A stretch of 64,000 nt of DNA from NCBI GenBank assembly GCA_964106915.2, contig OZ066919.1; one strand, given 5' to 3'. The first letter of the stretch is position 1. Each line of letters begins with the position of its first letter. This document shows positions 27,801 to 41,601 of this stretch, piece by piece. A program made the translations under genes and the position numbers. Source of the DNA: Podarcis gaigeae (taxonomy: Eukaryota). A model generated the notes under the pieces. It was not told the origin of the DNA and searched no databases. It saw only the letters and a program-made list of their open reading frames with translations.

Positions 27801-30020
27801 GAAATGTTTCCCTACTAGCTGCTGAACATTTCCAGTTTTCAATGTTGAACAGGCATCCATTCATTTACTTTTATCCTACTAAACTGAAATAACTGCTAGA
27901 AAGGCATGGAACTCAGTTGAAATTCCTCCATCACTAATAGTGTAATCTCTATGTAAGTCTACTCAGAAGGGAGTTCAATGACACATGCTCCCTGGCAAAT
28001 GTGTATAGTGCTGCATCTTTAAAAGTACACTTCTAGAGCCCTAGTACTGCCATGCACAAAGGAAACAACTAGACACACACATACTATTATTTAATTATTC
28101 AAAGAAGATTCTAATGGGCTGTTAACAAGAACTGCCTTCCCAGAGTGTGTGTATAGCACTTGTAGGCTTGGGAAGGCTGGATGAATATTTTATAAACACT
28201 GATGGGGAGCCAAACCTATTTCCAGGAGAGTTTTCCCTTGCTTTGGCAATGTGAGGAAATTGAAAGAGAAATAACCCATTAATTTGCTCCAAGTCTAACG
28301 ACTGCAAAACAAACAAACAAATAAATAAATAAATATGCAGACATGTAGTCATTCAGTAAGTGATATAAGTGCCAAATTGAATGAACCACAAATGTGAGGA
28401 CTGAAATATGGTTCTGCTGAAACGCTAATCATCTTAGGCTTGTAACAATATAGCACTAAGTAAGCATCCCTTCAGCGTAAGGATTTATGCTTGCGCAACA
28501 GGACTTTCTACCCCTCTGTACCTTCTCCAAATATGCTCCAGAGAGTGGGGGAACCAGTAGGAAAGATTTAGGAGCCATGCATGGAGAGGTGAGAGAAAGT
28601 CCTGTTGTTTGTGTAAATCCTTGTGCTGGCTGGATGGTTACTTAGCATGACATTGCATACAAGCCATTATCCTCATGTCAATCTCTACCCTTGATTTTGA
28701 AGCATTTATCTCCCATTTCTTAATATGGGGAAAGACTAGCAAATTCTTTATTTTCTACCACTTGACATCCAGTCTTTTTCTTCCTGACAAATAAATTTGT
28801 CAAGAGCTTGCTTTATAAACTTGGTGGAGTTTATAAAGGAACAGCCCAAATAACGTGCTACCCAGTCCTATTCCACAGAAACCAGTGGCTGATGCTTCTT
28901 AGGCAGAGAACCAAAAATTCTAAAACTTATTCTTTCAAGAGTCAGATCTTTCTGAGATTTTAGTTGTAACTTCTTACATATTAGCAAAACTGCCTCTCTG
29001 TAGCAGAAGAGCCAGAATCAATCACTTATGGACTAGTTGTACTGCATAACAAAAAACAAATTGATCCAGATTTATCCTGAAACTACAATCCTTTAAATCA
29101 GGGTTGCAGGAGAGCAAGGCAGACAATTCTAATAAGCCACTTTCTTTCATCAGAGCACACTGCTGGATTCCTAAGTGTACGTGAGGAACGTCAAATCCTT
29201 CCCTGTCCCTAATGTAAACCTTAGGTCTAGCTTATACAGTGGATAATATCACATCATAAAGAAAACATGGAACTAAGAGCCTTTTGCTCATAGTGCACAT
29301 GTCAACATTCATAGGATCTTGGCAACCACACATGCATTTACTCTGTAGGAGCTGCAAAACACCACTCATAAGAGCTAATAATTTTAATGTATGCCGTGCT
29401 AGACTGGCATCCTTTTAAAACAAATTGGACAGGCCCTTTTTATGTAGGCCATGCAACTGTTTTCACACTGTGGTCCAGCAACCCCTGAAGTTTCAGTTCA
29501 TCTAAATGTACAGCTTTGTTCTATTCAGTTTGTACATCAGTTCAAAATATGCTAGACTAAAGGGCAACTGTCAGCTTTAGAGTCTGAGTAAAAGGCTTTT
29601 TTTGTTTTGACATTGCACAGAATATTGCTCTGGTTCTATCAATTTTATGTCTCCAAAATTGTCAGACTTGGGTTTCTTGACACTTTCCAGTTTTGACTGT
29701 TAATATTACTAGATCTTATGATTCTAGTCTGAATTCCGCTACACAGTAGTTCTTCTGGAAAGCATAACAAAAACCTTACACTTCCCTTTCCAAGGTGGGA
29801 TGTATCTGACTTCAAGCAGTAAAAATCTGTCTGCTATTTGCACAAACAAAACATGGGTCAGGGTGAAGCCAAAGCTGGCCTATATAATGCTACATTCATA
29901 TATGCTCAAATAGAGCCTAGATTAGATTCAAGTATTATTGGTGCTGTTCAGCAATGAGTTTGGTTAACATCAGAGGTCCACAAATACAGTAATCACAGTT
30001 TACTAGCGGCAAATTTGAGG

Positions 30021-30209
30021 AGGGTTGTAGCTCACTTATTGAACATCTACCTTGCATTCAGAAGGTCCCTGGTTCAATACAAGATCTTTCCAGGTAGGGC
30101 TTTGGAAAATCCTTGCCTCAAACCCTGGAGAGCCATTGCCAATCAGTGCAGGCAGTACTGAGCTAGATGGACCAATGGTCTGACTCAGTATAAGGCAACT
30201 TCCTATGTT
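30021..30209 (+). mobile_element. tRNA-derived SINE (Squam3-like)
   Basis: Degenerate A box (GTAGCTCA) and B box (GGTTCAATAC), followed by the squamate SINE body ending ...GGCAACTTCCTATGTT. Confidence 0.75.
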
Positions 30210-31862
30210 ATCATTGGTTGCCAAGCTCCAGGACCAACTCAGCAATAGAGGCAAATGAGTCAACTCCATGGAGTTCAAGATCTCAAGAGTGCCAGCCTCA
30301 GCCATGTCTGAGAGAAAGAGACAGAGAGAAAGAGACAGACAGAGAGAGGTGCTGCCCATGTTTTAAAATGAGGTTCACAGTTGCAGCTTGCAGCTGGATT
30401 ACATCCCCTGTATTTCAAGGTTCTTCTGAGCTCTATCAACTTTACAGGGCTTGATTATAATTATAATAGGGAGGAGTAATGAATGGAAAATTGTATTCTG
30501 ATCCAAAAATGTATATTGATCCAATTTAAAAGCATGATCTGATACACATTTACTCACAAGGAAGCCCTGCCAAACCCAAACCAAAATGTGTGGGCACTTG
30601 GTTATCCTAGAGCAGAAATATAATTTTGGTTCTTTAATGATCAAAAGTAGATCAATCTGCTACCCTTTATATCGCTGGGAATAAAAATACAGTTAAAAAG
30701 GTAGGAGGGAGGATCTATACATAAGGAAAGTAAGTTTGCAAAGTAATATCAATTAAATAGTTACAACAAAATATGGCAGGGGAAAGTATCAGCAGGAAAT
30801 ACAGCCCAAACGCTACTAAAATATTCAAGTCCAATGCAAACAAAGACTTTAGATGGGGCAAGAAGGCTAGAGAGTGAATTATTTCTCTCTCATCCTGTGA
30901 ATGTAGCAGCTTCTGTAAGCTCAACGGGAGGGTGAAGCCTTTTCTTGCCCAGGATTCAACTAATCCCAGAATACCAAGGGCACCAAAATGCATTCTCATT
31001 TCCCAGAGTTCTGTATTTGTGACTCCTGCCAACTGAGATTTCCCAAGCCAAAAGGGGACTGTTTTTATTATTGCGGTGAACAAACTTTGAGTGCTGGGGA
31101 CACAAGGGTTCAGGGACACTCTTTGGTTCTCCACAAGCTGGGCTACAGAAAGCTCCTGGCACCTGCAATCTGATCAGCAGACAGTCTCTGGCATCTGCTG
31201 TCAAAAGAAATTTGGTGCTACCCTTTTGCCTATCAGCCAGACAACCCCGGAAAAGAAATGGGGGGGGGGTATTGCTTTGTGTCTGACTAACAGTCTCAGG
31301 AGAACAAAACAATTCCCACCTCCAGTTGTGACTAAAGGCAAATGTGGACCTTTCTGTGATGCAACTGAAAAATGGATGCTGTTCCAGAGAGACACATTTC
31401 CAAAACTAGGGCACTTTTAGACAATTTTTTATAGTGGAAAACAATAGCTGCTCTCAGGTTACATGTTCGGGTGCTATGATGAACACAACTTTGAAATGCA
31501 ACCTGGTGAGGATCTTTTCTTCTTTTTAAAAACGCCTCTTCCCCATTATAGACTGTTGTTAACACTAGGATCTAGAGTAGGGAGAGGCAACCTGATGTCT
31601 TTTTTCCCTGGAAAAGCACCCTGGTCCACTCATGGAGCAACTCTCCTACGGATGGCTCAACTTCTGGTTGGTCACTGTAAGAACAGGATGCTGGACTAGA
31701 TGGGTCCTTGGCCTGATCCAGCAAGCTTTTCTTATGCTCTTAACACATGTAGCTTGAGGGAATGGGGCAAGCAGAGGATGGGGCCTCTGGCCTGCATGTA
31801 TGCAGAAGATTGAGCCTTTCATTCATCAGACAGCCTTCAGTTCTCCCCTTTGTGCATAAACA

Positions 31863-32153
31863 CATGCAACTTCTCTGTATCTCAGTGTTGTTAAGTGGTA
31901 GCAACAGCAAAAAAATAAAAAATGCGGAAGCCTATCATGCATACATGCGCAGCAGCAGCAGCAGCAATAGCAGCTCAAACATTATGGTCAACCCTTTCAA
32001 TGGACCCATTCCCTACATCAGAAAGAGGAGGCTATCTGCCAATGCATCTGTCTATACGTTTTCTACCCCATTGAAAGGGTTAACTTGGTGCATGCTTAAA
32101 TAATGCCAGCGCTCCCAAGAGACAAGCCTTCAGCTCACACTGCCCCATCATGC
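31863..32153 (-). promoter_or_regulatory. Cluster of five (U)GCAUG Rbfox motifs downstream of the 15-nt microexon
   Basis: + strand CATGC(A) at 32149, 32091, 31944, 31936, 31863. Confidence 0.6.
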
Positions 32154-32182
32154 CTGTGTAGTCTGCCAGCTTGGTACAGTAC

Positions 32183-32197
32183 CTGAGGTTGGAAGAA
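32183..32197 (-). CDS. NFASC: NFASC 15-nt alternative microexon (VLPTS; equivalent of ATPTA/ATPTP)
   Basis: Long pyrimidine tract + ctctgaag|TTCTTCCAACCTCAG|gtactg, phase 1-1. Size and position match the known 5-aa exon between FN4 and PAT. Confidence 0.8.
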
Positions 32198-35100
32198 CTT
32201 CAGAGTGTGCAGCGCCAAACACAGGGAAGGGGAACATGAGGAAAGAAGGGAAAGAGAGAACACAGGAATATATAAAACCACAGCACAAACATGGTACATA
32301 AACATGGCAGGCTGAGGCTGTAATAAAGAGAAGGTGTGTTAGTCCTCCATATTCCACGGCTACCCCCAGCCAATCTTTACCATAAATGAACATCCAAACC
32401 AACACAGGGAGACACAGCTGATTTGCTTTCCTTCACTGTATCTTCATTTCTTGGGGCAAAAGTTCCGCAGTTTGTGGTTTTAAATTCAACCAAATGGGTC
32501 TTTCGCATCCTGTCAGCTTCCATTTGAGTCCCCTAAATGTCAGGACAAATTCTATTCTACTGCAACTTGGCTGCAAGCTCATTATCGATTCTTAGACACT
32601 TATGATGGATGAGACAATAGGCAATGCAAATAACCACAGGAATACTGTATTTCATTCGCATCCCCTGGCTCAAATAATGTCTGCGAGAAATGGAAGCTGT
32701 GGCTTGGATCTTTATTTCCATTTATAAATGCCTCCCCTGCATCGGTAGGAGAAAAGAAAATTGGCAAGGCTTCCTCTAGGCAACATGCTTTTGTGCAATT
32801 CCAAATGCTTAGCTGCGTATTGCGGAGTGTCTGATGGGCTTAAACGTTCTGCCTACGGAGACTGCTCAACATTCATTAATAATCTGAGTGGTACACATCT
32901 CCGCTTTTATTTGAAGATCCTGCAAAACCTCACTCATGAGATTCCACTGAGGGACAATTCCCTTGACCCACAAGATCACTACAGTATTTATAAAATCTTT
33001 GTTGCCACATACACTGAGGCAGTCTTGCATTACCGACACCACATGCAGAAGTCAATGGAGTTTGGGGTTTCGCACACTGCTTTGAACACTCACAAAGCAA
33101 CAATATTCACAGTATGAAGAATCTTCTGCATCTGGTGGCAGTTGCACACAGTCACTTTAACACATGACAGCTATGGGTAGAATTCAGCATGAAAATGAAA
33201 GAGGACCTTGGCTACTAGAATGCTACCAGGAGGATGTTCTTCTTTTGCTTTTTTAAGCATAAGGCCATAGTTCACCATCTTTGTTGTTCAAACTGTTCAG
33301 TAAGTTCCATTAAATGTTGCAGGGCCTACAGAGCTCTGGCTCTCTGTGGCAAAGCAACTATTCTTGGGTATCTTGGAAAGATAAGCAAAGGTTTGGGAGA
33401 AAGAAAGAGTAGTTTTGAGTATATCAGACCTTTTCAGAATATCTTTATTTTATATGAATGTGTGTGTGTGTAGTTGTTTTAATGCAAAAGGCTGGGAGAC
33501 ACTGGACTCGATTACTGTGATGCAAACAGCATCGGCAATAGAGTAATTGCCTCAATTCAGACATAACAGCAATTCATGGTTTGTCATTATGAGAATTAGC
33601 CAAGTGTTAGGCTTGCTTGTTCCTCCTTCCCCTTCCTTTCTCCACTGAACACAAGGGGAGCAGATTTGAAGCTTTTACTTCAAATTTGTGCTAAACCATA
33701 CATTTTCATTTCATCTAAATGTGGCAAGCTATGGTTTATGGAACCCATAATTTACAATAAAACTAGGCTCTCAAATGAGAATCTAGCTGTGGTTTGGTAT
33801 CCCAACTTGATTGTAAACAACGGTTTGCATGCAACAGTTTGCCACATTCTGTTGAAATGACAAACCATGGTTTGCTGCAAATCAGAAGGAAAAATTTCTA
33901 ATTCACCGCTCCCCAGATTTCTTCTACAGAAATTGTTACAAGAAAGCCTTTTTAGACTGCTATGATTGCTCTTGGGCTAATTCAAATTACCAGCAACATA
34001 AGAAATGCATAGATTCTATACAACAAATCCAGGAAAAATGTGTCTAGAAATAAGATTCTGAACCATTATTTAAATTCTCCACTCTTCCTCAAAGCAGTTT
34101 GCAAATTCTAAGAAAAATCCAAATTTAGTGTGGGAAGCACCTTCAGAGTTCAAAAGTTGCAGTGCATTCACTAGCTATTGTCAACCAGAACATTATCCCC
34201 TCCCCCCCTTAATACAGTATGGGAAGAAATATCTGATAACATTATCAGCAAGTGCTATATATAACATACCCGGAACTTGCCCACTTATAGAAATATGGGA
34301 AGCGATTCATTTTTAAAATGTGTATTCAGGGAAATACTTTTCCCACATATTGCCATTCAGGAGATAAAAAGCAACAGCTCATTAAGTAATGTGAGAGACT
34401 GAGCTGAATTTGAGGGTCTTTCTGGAAACGTTACAGAATATTAAGAGTCAGCTTTGTTTTGCACTCACTTCCCAGAGGGCTACTGAACTTTCACTTAGCT
34501 TGACGGATATTTCACAAAGAGTATTTTATCCTATTACAAGTCTGCAAGTTGTGGCATTTTCCTACGGAGGGTCGTTTGTTGATTACAGCAGTGATGAGAA
34601 AGGCTGTGCATCTCTAGCTCATTTCTTGGAGTTTTCAGGAGACTATTGGATGCATCTGTTTTATAAGTTTCTCTATCAATAAGAAGTATTTAAGCTTGAT
34701 TAATAGTATATCAAGTTGCAGAGAAGTTCTTATGTTGTTCAAGCTGATCGCCTTACAGAAGAATGGATTATTATTACGAAAGCTAACAAAGGATATAAAA
34801 TTTCAATTAAAAGTATTCACATTCTGTCTTCTTTCTTTCAAATGAATGCAACTGCTTAATTTTGTAACAAAGCACATTCCCATAACTCTCCAACAGTTGG
34901 GAGATTTTGTTGGTCTTCATTCCCTGGCATATTCAACCGTAAAGACTGTTACCATATACGAAACCTTTTCTCTAGAAAGCACTATTTCCTTAGCATAAAT
35001 GAAAAGAAATAATTGTAGAATATATTGTAGATTATCCTCTAAAAACTTCTACATTATAGTCTTAATTGTACATTAATATCTCATTGCAAAAATACTTGTC

Positions 35101-37516
35101 TTCTGGGCAGTGCAGTTCTGTCCTGGGGAGGCAGGGAAGAGACTGCACAGCAGAGCAACTGTTGTATCCACAGCCCTGTCAGCATCTGCCTGAAGTCACT
35201 CAATGAGTTTTATTGCCAAGCCCTTATTGAAGTCAACAACTGGCAGCCTTGTCCAATACCCCTAAGAACTTTTGCTAGTCTTAATAAAAACTCTCTCTCT
35301 TTCTCTTTTCGCTTCCCTCAGAATGGATGGGTATTTTGATCAAGCAGCATCAATGGTTGAACAAAATGGTCCCCTCACCGCATTTATTCTGTAAGCAGTG
35401 CAACAGGAGAGGTGGTGTCTTCTGGACAGAGGGTCATGAAGGGCAGAAAAATAAGGGACTTACCCGAGGTAGCAAACAAAGCTCTTCCCAGCAGGCTGCT
35501 GGCAGCCATTTTCTTCTGCCAGAATCTATCTGGGAACGACAGTAGGTGATGACAAAGTGTCATTCCCACGAGACTTCTGGGATGAAAATGGCGACTGCTA
35601 TACCAAAGTACTGCATTATCACGTAAGGTTGTTTTCATATGGGTTCTAGGATAAGAAAAGGTGATCTTCCAACCAGAAACCACTGGAAAAATTCTGTTCT
35701 ACTGCTGTGAAACTGCCAAGGAAAAGCGGGCAAGCAAAGGGAAATGCCAGGGTGCTAGGGGTGTGCCTACCGACCCCAAGTGGCCTGGGTGTTTCCTAAA
35801 AGGCTAGAAAAGGTCAGGAAGGACATAAAACCTGCAAGGCTTCTTTTAGGGGCAAGGAACCTAGTTTGGGAGTGGGGTTAGTCTGGAACCTGGCTAGAAG
35901 CTAGCAGAGATAATGTGGGGTGCTGGTGGAGTCATAAGGGTTCTTTCCCCCTCTTGAGCTGTTGTTTTAAGCTAGCATCAGTCCAGCCTGCTCGCCCAAA
36001 AGCCAGTTCTTCTCTACTTGTTTAGTGCAAATCTGGTATACCCTAACCTGAAAAACATGTCAAGTTTCAAAAAAGGGAGAAAATTATACTTAATGGACCT
36101 GTGAGTGGGCAGATACATAGCGAGCCAATCAACACAATATACAAGAAGCTGGATGCTAATGTCAGTAAAATAAAAACTTGAGAGCTGCTTAAAATCTGAA
36201 ATTATTATGGCAAGCAAGGTAGTGGTGGTGAAAATGATTGCCTATCAAGCAATTGTTTTCCTGATTTACAGTCTAGCTCTTATTGCATTGAAAGAATGGC
36301 AATCTATTACAAATAAGTACATTTAAAGGTAAAAATAAACCTCAAGTAAGTAAAGCAATCTACTTTGCAAAAGACCCAGCAGTGCCAGACACAAACAGTT
36401 ACTGGCATGTTAGTCAACTTTGAAACCTGTTAATATTGGATAAAATTGTGTCACAAACATATATTTGAGAATCAGAAAGAGAGAGAGAGATGGAGACAGA
36501 GAGAATGAATTACTATTATTGCCTAAAAACATGAATGGGTTAAAAAATGATGATTAATTTTAAAATATAAAAACTTATATTATTATTATTTATTAAATTG
36601 GTATACCACCCCATACACAAAGGTATTTAGTTGAAAAATAACTAAATTATAAATACTAAGTTTCTCATAATCATCTAGTTGACATTAAGTAATGAGGCTA
36701 TAGGCATGCTTGTCCACCCTTGAATTTATCAACTAGCCTGGTTGCTCTAGGCAACAAGGAATTCCATGCAGGCAAGTGAGTGGGATGGCTAATGGTGGAA
36801 GAACTACTGTACATCTCCTTTGCCAAACCCAAGGAGCCTATTGAGGTTTTCTCTCTTTTTTTTTTTTGCAAACTCATAATTTGGGGTGGTTTAGTTACAG
36901 TGGTGTGTTAACTCTACAGTCAATCTCTATCCGCATGTCTTCTACCCGATAAAGATGGCTTTTATATGTAAATGAAAAACCAAGCTGATCGTTTCTCACT
37001 AATGAAGATTTACACTCCACCTACCAAACATAGGCATTTTATCTTCACCAGATGAAAATAAACTGCTCTAGTCTGCACAGTAACAATGAGTCCTGCTTTG
37101 ATCTATCAGCCATAAGCACTTCATTTTTGTTTGCTACTCTCCCCTCCCGTTGCCACGAAAGGGTGTGGCTGGGCCAAGTGAAGAAGAAGGAGCAATACTG
37201 GAAAGAAGAATTGAAGTCCACATTGTACGGGTGTGAAGGTTCCTACATTTCTATCCTTAGGATACAGCCATAAACACAGTTACTTGGAGAAAGCCCCTTT
37301 GAAGTCAAGGCTACTTGCTTCTAAGTAAACATGCAGGCTTGTGCTGTTAACCTTGCAAATCGTCATCTGCATAGATTCAGAAAGAATCTATACGGAAATA
37401 TTTTAAAGAGATTCTTTCTATTGGTAAAGAAAAACATGGAAAATGCATATTGTTTGACTATGGGAGGCAAGGCCTGGTTGCAAAACTGAAACAATAGTAT
37501 AATTAATACTCTGTTT

Positions 37517-37651
37517 CAGACACGGGGAAGTTCTTGTTCTACAAACATTGTTGGACTTCAGCTCTCATCAGCCCCAGCTGATATGGCCAATGGTCAGGGA
37601 TGATGGGCACTGGAGTCTAACATCCAGAGGGGTACATTTCCCCTATTCTTG
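37517..37651. mobile_element. Degenerate hAT-type MITE, same family
   Basis: Core ...CATCAGCCCCAGC...GGCCAATGGTCAGGGATGATGGG. Confidence 0.65.
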
Positions 37652-39128
37652 CTTTAACTAGTTGTAAATGAACATGGTCTACTGGTCAGATCTGCATCAC
37701 ACTTTAGGAAATATGAGATGAAATATAAATGGGAAACTTAATTCAATGACAGCCTTTTTCTTGCTTATTTAAATAATTTGAATCACCTTGGTTTAAACCA
37801 GTCGACCCTGTCTAAAATTAGCAAATGTATGCCAAGAGTGATGCTTAGCCATTGGTACCTTCAAACAACCTGCTGGATAAAGGTATCTTTTAGGCCCAAA
37901 TGATGCAACCAACTATTTTGAAAAACAATGCAGGATATATATGTTACCCCTGAACTGCTTTTCTGCAGCACACTCATTATTTAAAAATAATACAACTAAA
38001 TCCATCATTCTTGAATATAAATACTGAATTTAACACCAATAAAACACAATGGAAACGTTAATACATAAGACAGCACTGCTATTTAAAAATGTGGCTGGGT
38101 AAAAAGGAAACACATTCAAATCATTTGAATACATTTGATGAACAACAAAGGTTATTAAAAGCTCATTCTTCCAGTATTTGCACTGAAAAAGTACTTAATA
38201 GAAGCTTAAAGGAAAGCTGACTATAGAATAAAATCGAGAGGTTTTGCATAAAAGCTGCTTTGCAATTTCTGTTATCAGCTGTTCCTTTGAAACACACAAT
38301 CCTTTTAAAATATCTTTTATAGTAGGGAAATCTGTATTCTCACATAGCAGGAGAAATAATTTATGGTAAATCATTTCACAAAGGAGAAGCAGTGGGAAAT
38401 GACGTGGAATCTTTTATCAATGTTATCTTGCACCTTCTGAAAAAGAGAGTATGCCTACAGTGCAGGGACAGGCTAGGGTCTGGGGGAAGAAATGAAGACT
38501 TGAAATGTTTCACATGAGGCAGAGATGCAAAGGACAGGCAGCATGAGGCACTTGTACTTATTTATTTCATAAAATTTATACTTGACTTGATTGTTAAAAA
38601 CTCCAGGTGGTTGTACGTCCTGTCACCCCCAGCATCAATGTCACTCCAAAAGCTGTTGTGTGGACATTCTAAATCATGTGACTAACGTCATGTGGAGATG
38701 TCTTCTGAATCCAGTGGAAAGCCCACATTTCTCAGATCTTCCCCTGATGTGTCGTCAGTACTGGCAGGGGAAGCAACAACTGGAGTGGAGCCAATGGGTG
38801 CTCTCCTACTCCACACAATGTTAATCGCACAATTTAGAACTCCCACACAGAGCTACATGGAACTTCACAAGTAGTTTTGATAAGGATTTTATATGGCAAT
38901 GGGACATGATTAAGAGAGCTACTTTTGTGGGACAGGAAGGGGGCATATTTAAGAGGATGCAAATGATTCTTTCTCAATTTGCAGCAGGCCAAGACCTCAC
39001 ACATCAAAGGCTGATTTTTATATAGGCGTGTGTGGATTCTGAAATACTCGTGAATGCTGCTCCTATGTCCAGCTTGGCAGGGCACACCTCTCTCACCCCA
39101 GTTACACTGGCATCATGTTCTCACTTAC

Positions 39129-39302
39129 CTTCATTCAGTGGAAGTGGTGACTCCCCCGTGGCAGGCTCACCTTCCCCAATCTGTGTCCTGCCACGCAGGT
39201 TGAATCTATAGCGTGATATGGGGTCCGTCCTCTGGAGTATAAACTTTGTCTGATTAGGAGAGAAGTTTTCCACCATTGTTCTGCCACTTTTGGATCCATT
39301 AA
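39129..39302 (-). CDS. NFASC: NFASC exon, FN4 C-half ([58 protein letters not shown])
   Basis: ctctccag| ... |gtaagt, 174 nt, phase 1-1. Confidence 0.95.
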
Positions 39303-40029
39303 CTGGAGAGAGAGGCAGGCTGTGTAGGCTTCAGTCTTATTTTGAGAAACATGCTATACTATGCATCTCACCACTTCTCAGTCTAGGATTACACCTGACA
39401 AAAGCACTGGCTGTGTTTAAAATGGGGCATGTTCATTTTAGAGGACTTTTAAGCAAAAACGGCTGGGGAATGTTATGCATTCAAGAAGGAAGAACTTTAA
39501 TTAAGCTAATTAAACTTTTAGCTGCCATGTAGGCCAAAGATAAAACACCATGTTAGTTTTGCAGGGGCTTTCAAGTCAGGGATTTGTTATGGTGGAGAGC
39601 TTTTGCACTAATTATTTGAGCAAAAATTACATTGTTCATGCATTTCCTTAACAGTTTGGGGCAGGGGATTTTAGGAAGTTAGATGCATGCTTGTTCAAAT
39701 TCTATCAAGGGGTGGGAAGGAGGTACATTTTCAGGTGCCACTGGCCATATTCTTGGAAATATCTTCTTATGTAAATATCATTTAACTAAAGAATCAAAAT
39801 GATCAGTAAGAAAATTTGTCACATGTGTCTGGAAATTAGCCTGTTAGTGATTCCTATGAAATCCTCCTGCACTAAGATATGCAATTCAATTCCAAAGTAA
39901 TTCTAATTCCTGAATTCCTGATTTCCCCTCCACTGATTTATTAGTATTGTTTTTTCTAATTCCAGATAAATTAGATTCTAAATCCTGATTAATAAAGAGA
40001 CAACAAACAAAAACAAGCACAGGACATAC

Positions 40030-40152
40030 AGGCTTGGTATCTAAGGGTGTATCCAATAAGAATGCCATTGGGGTGTTCAGGGTGTTCCCATTCCATAGTG
40101 ATGGTTTCCAGGTTTGGTTGGCGGATTCGGAAATACCTTGGGGGACTGGGTG
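40030..40152 (-). CDS. NFASC: NFASC exon, FN4 N-half ([41 protein letters not shown])
   Basis: cctgaag| ... |gtatgt, 123 nt, phase 1-1. Confidence 0.95.
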
Positions 40153-41256
40153 CTTCAGGGAAAGATGGGTCCGAGAGAGAAAAGGGAAGAGGAAAAAGAC
40201 ATATAAGGTAAGGTAACTTAGAAGGTTGACTGGTCAAGAGTATGCATATAGAAAAGTTTGAGTCTGGTGGCACGGAGAACTTGGTAGGAGCTGTACAAGA
40301 TGCAGTTTCAGTGCAACACAATCATGCCTGCATATCCATTAACAGGAACCTATCCAACTGTTTCATAGTTGTGCAAATTTAGTCATTGGTGCACGTGCAC
40401 TCCTATGAGCTTGTCTATTACCAAATGCAGTTTTCATATAATTAAAAACCTACAGTTCTTACCCTTGCCTGGAACTGTACAGATAACCTAATATGTGAGT
40501 GGATTTCACCATTCTATCTCTTTGGGATGGTGCCTTCTTGGCCCATTTGCTTTCATCACAGCTAAAGTCCCTCACCATAACCAGCTCCGTTTCCTATGCT
40601 CAAAGCACACAAAGCTTATCTGAGCACAAATCACAACACTCAACTTTGAGTAATAGGAGCCACATTTTATCCATGATGCTTCATGCAACCAAGGCCATCT
40701 AAGTCCTATTGATGTTGATGTGAGAGTCGAGCAGTGGGGACTCACAAGCAGGGTACTGCAGTATGTAGGAAGAGGATGCTGGGGAAAGACCCTCTCCTGC
40801 CATGCCCTTTACGGGCAGGTATGTGGTACAGAGAGTAAAAAAAGACAGCTTCACAAATGATGTCAAGAAAATTGCTTTTATAAAGGTAGTTTCCATCCAT
40901 GCTTCTTAAAAAGACTGCTTGGAAGGAAATTTCCTTGATAAAGGAGATTTGCTCAAAATGCATTAGGAACTCAATCATTTGTGAAGCTGTTTCTTTGTGT
41001 GGGTGTTTGGTCTTTTCCTACAGATGTTTTTAATCCTCCTTTGCCTGCTGCCTGGATGAGATCCACATATGTGTGGAACTGCTGACTGACCCCAAGGGAT
41101 GCAGGGCTCTCACCTCCCTGCATCACAATGAAATGGAATGGATTTTTTAAATGCCTTTCCAGTATGCAGCTGGTTAGAGTTTTATGCTGAAACTTCCAGG
41201 GCTTACCAGTATAATTCTATGCATAGCAAAAGAGCATTTAGCAAGTAGGTAAGTAT

Positions 41257-41601
41257 GGGACACGGGTGGCGCTGTGGGTTAAACCACAGAGCCTAGGACT
41301 TGCCAATCGAAAGGTCGGCGGTTCGAATCCCTGTGACGGGGTGAGCTCCTGTTGCTCAGTCCCTGGTCCTGCCAATCTAGCAGTTTGAAAGCACGTCAAA
41401 GTGCAAGTAGATAAATAGGTACTGCTCCGGCGGTAAGGTAAACGGCATTTCCGTGCACAGCTCTGGTTCACCAGAAGCGGCTTAGTCATGCTGGCCACAT
41501 GACCCAGAAGCTGTATGCCGGCTCCCTCGGCCAATAAAGTGAGATGAGCACTGCAACCCCAGAGTCGGCCACGATTGGACCTAATGGTCAGGGGTGCCTT
41601 T
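41257..41601 (+). mobile_element. Sauria SINE (Squam1), full length
   Basis: Colinear with the 21541 copy; no clear TSD. Confidence 0.92.

Noticed and set aside
30021-30095. tRNA gene
   Set aside because: Degenerate tRNA-like SINE head continuous with a SINE body; no intact cloverleaf.
38688-38802. Ser/Thr/Pro-rich minus-strand frame (APIGSTPVVASPASTDD...) as an extra PAT exon
   Set aside because: Purine-rich upstream sequence with no credible acceptor, no donor, and it ends in a stop.
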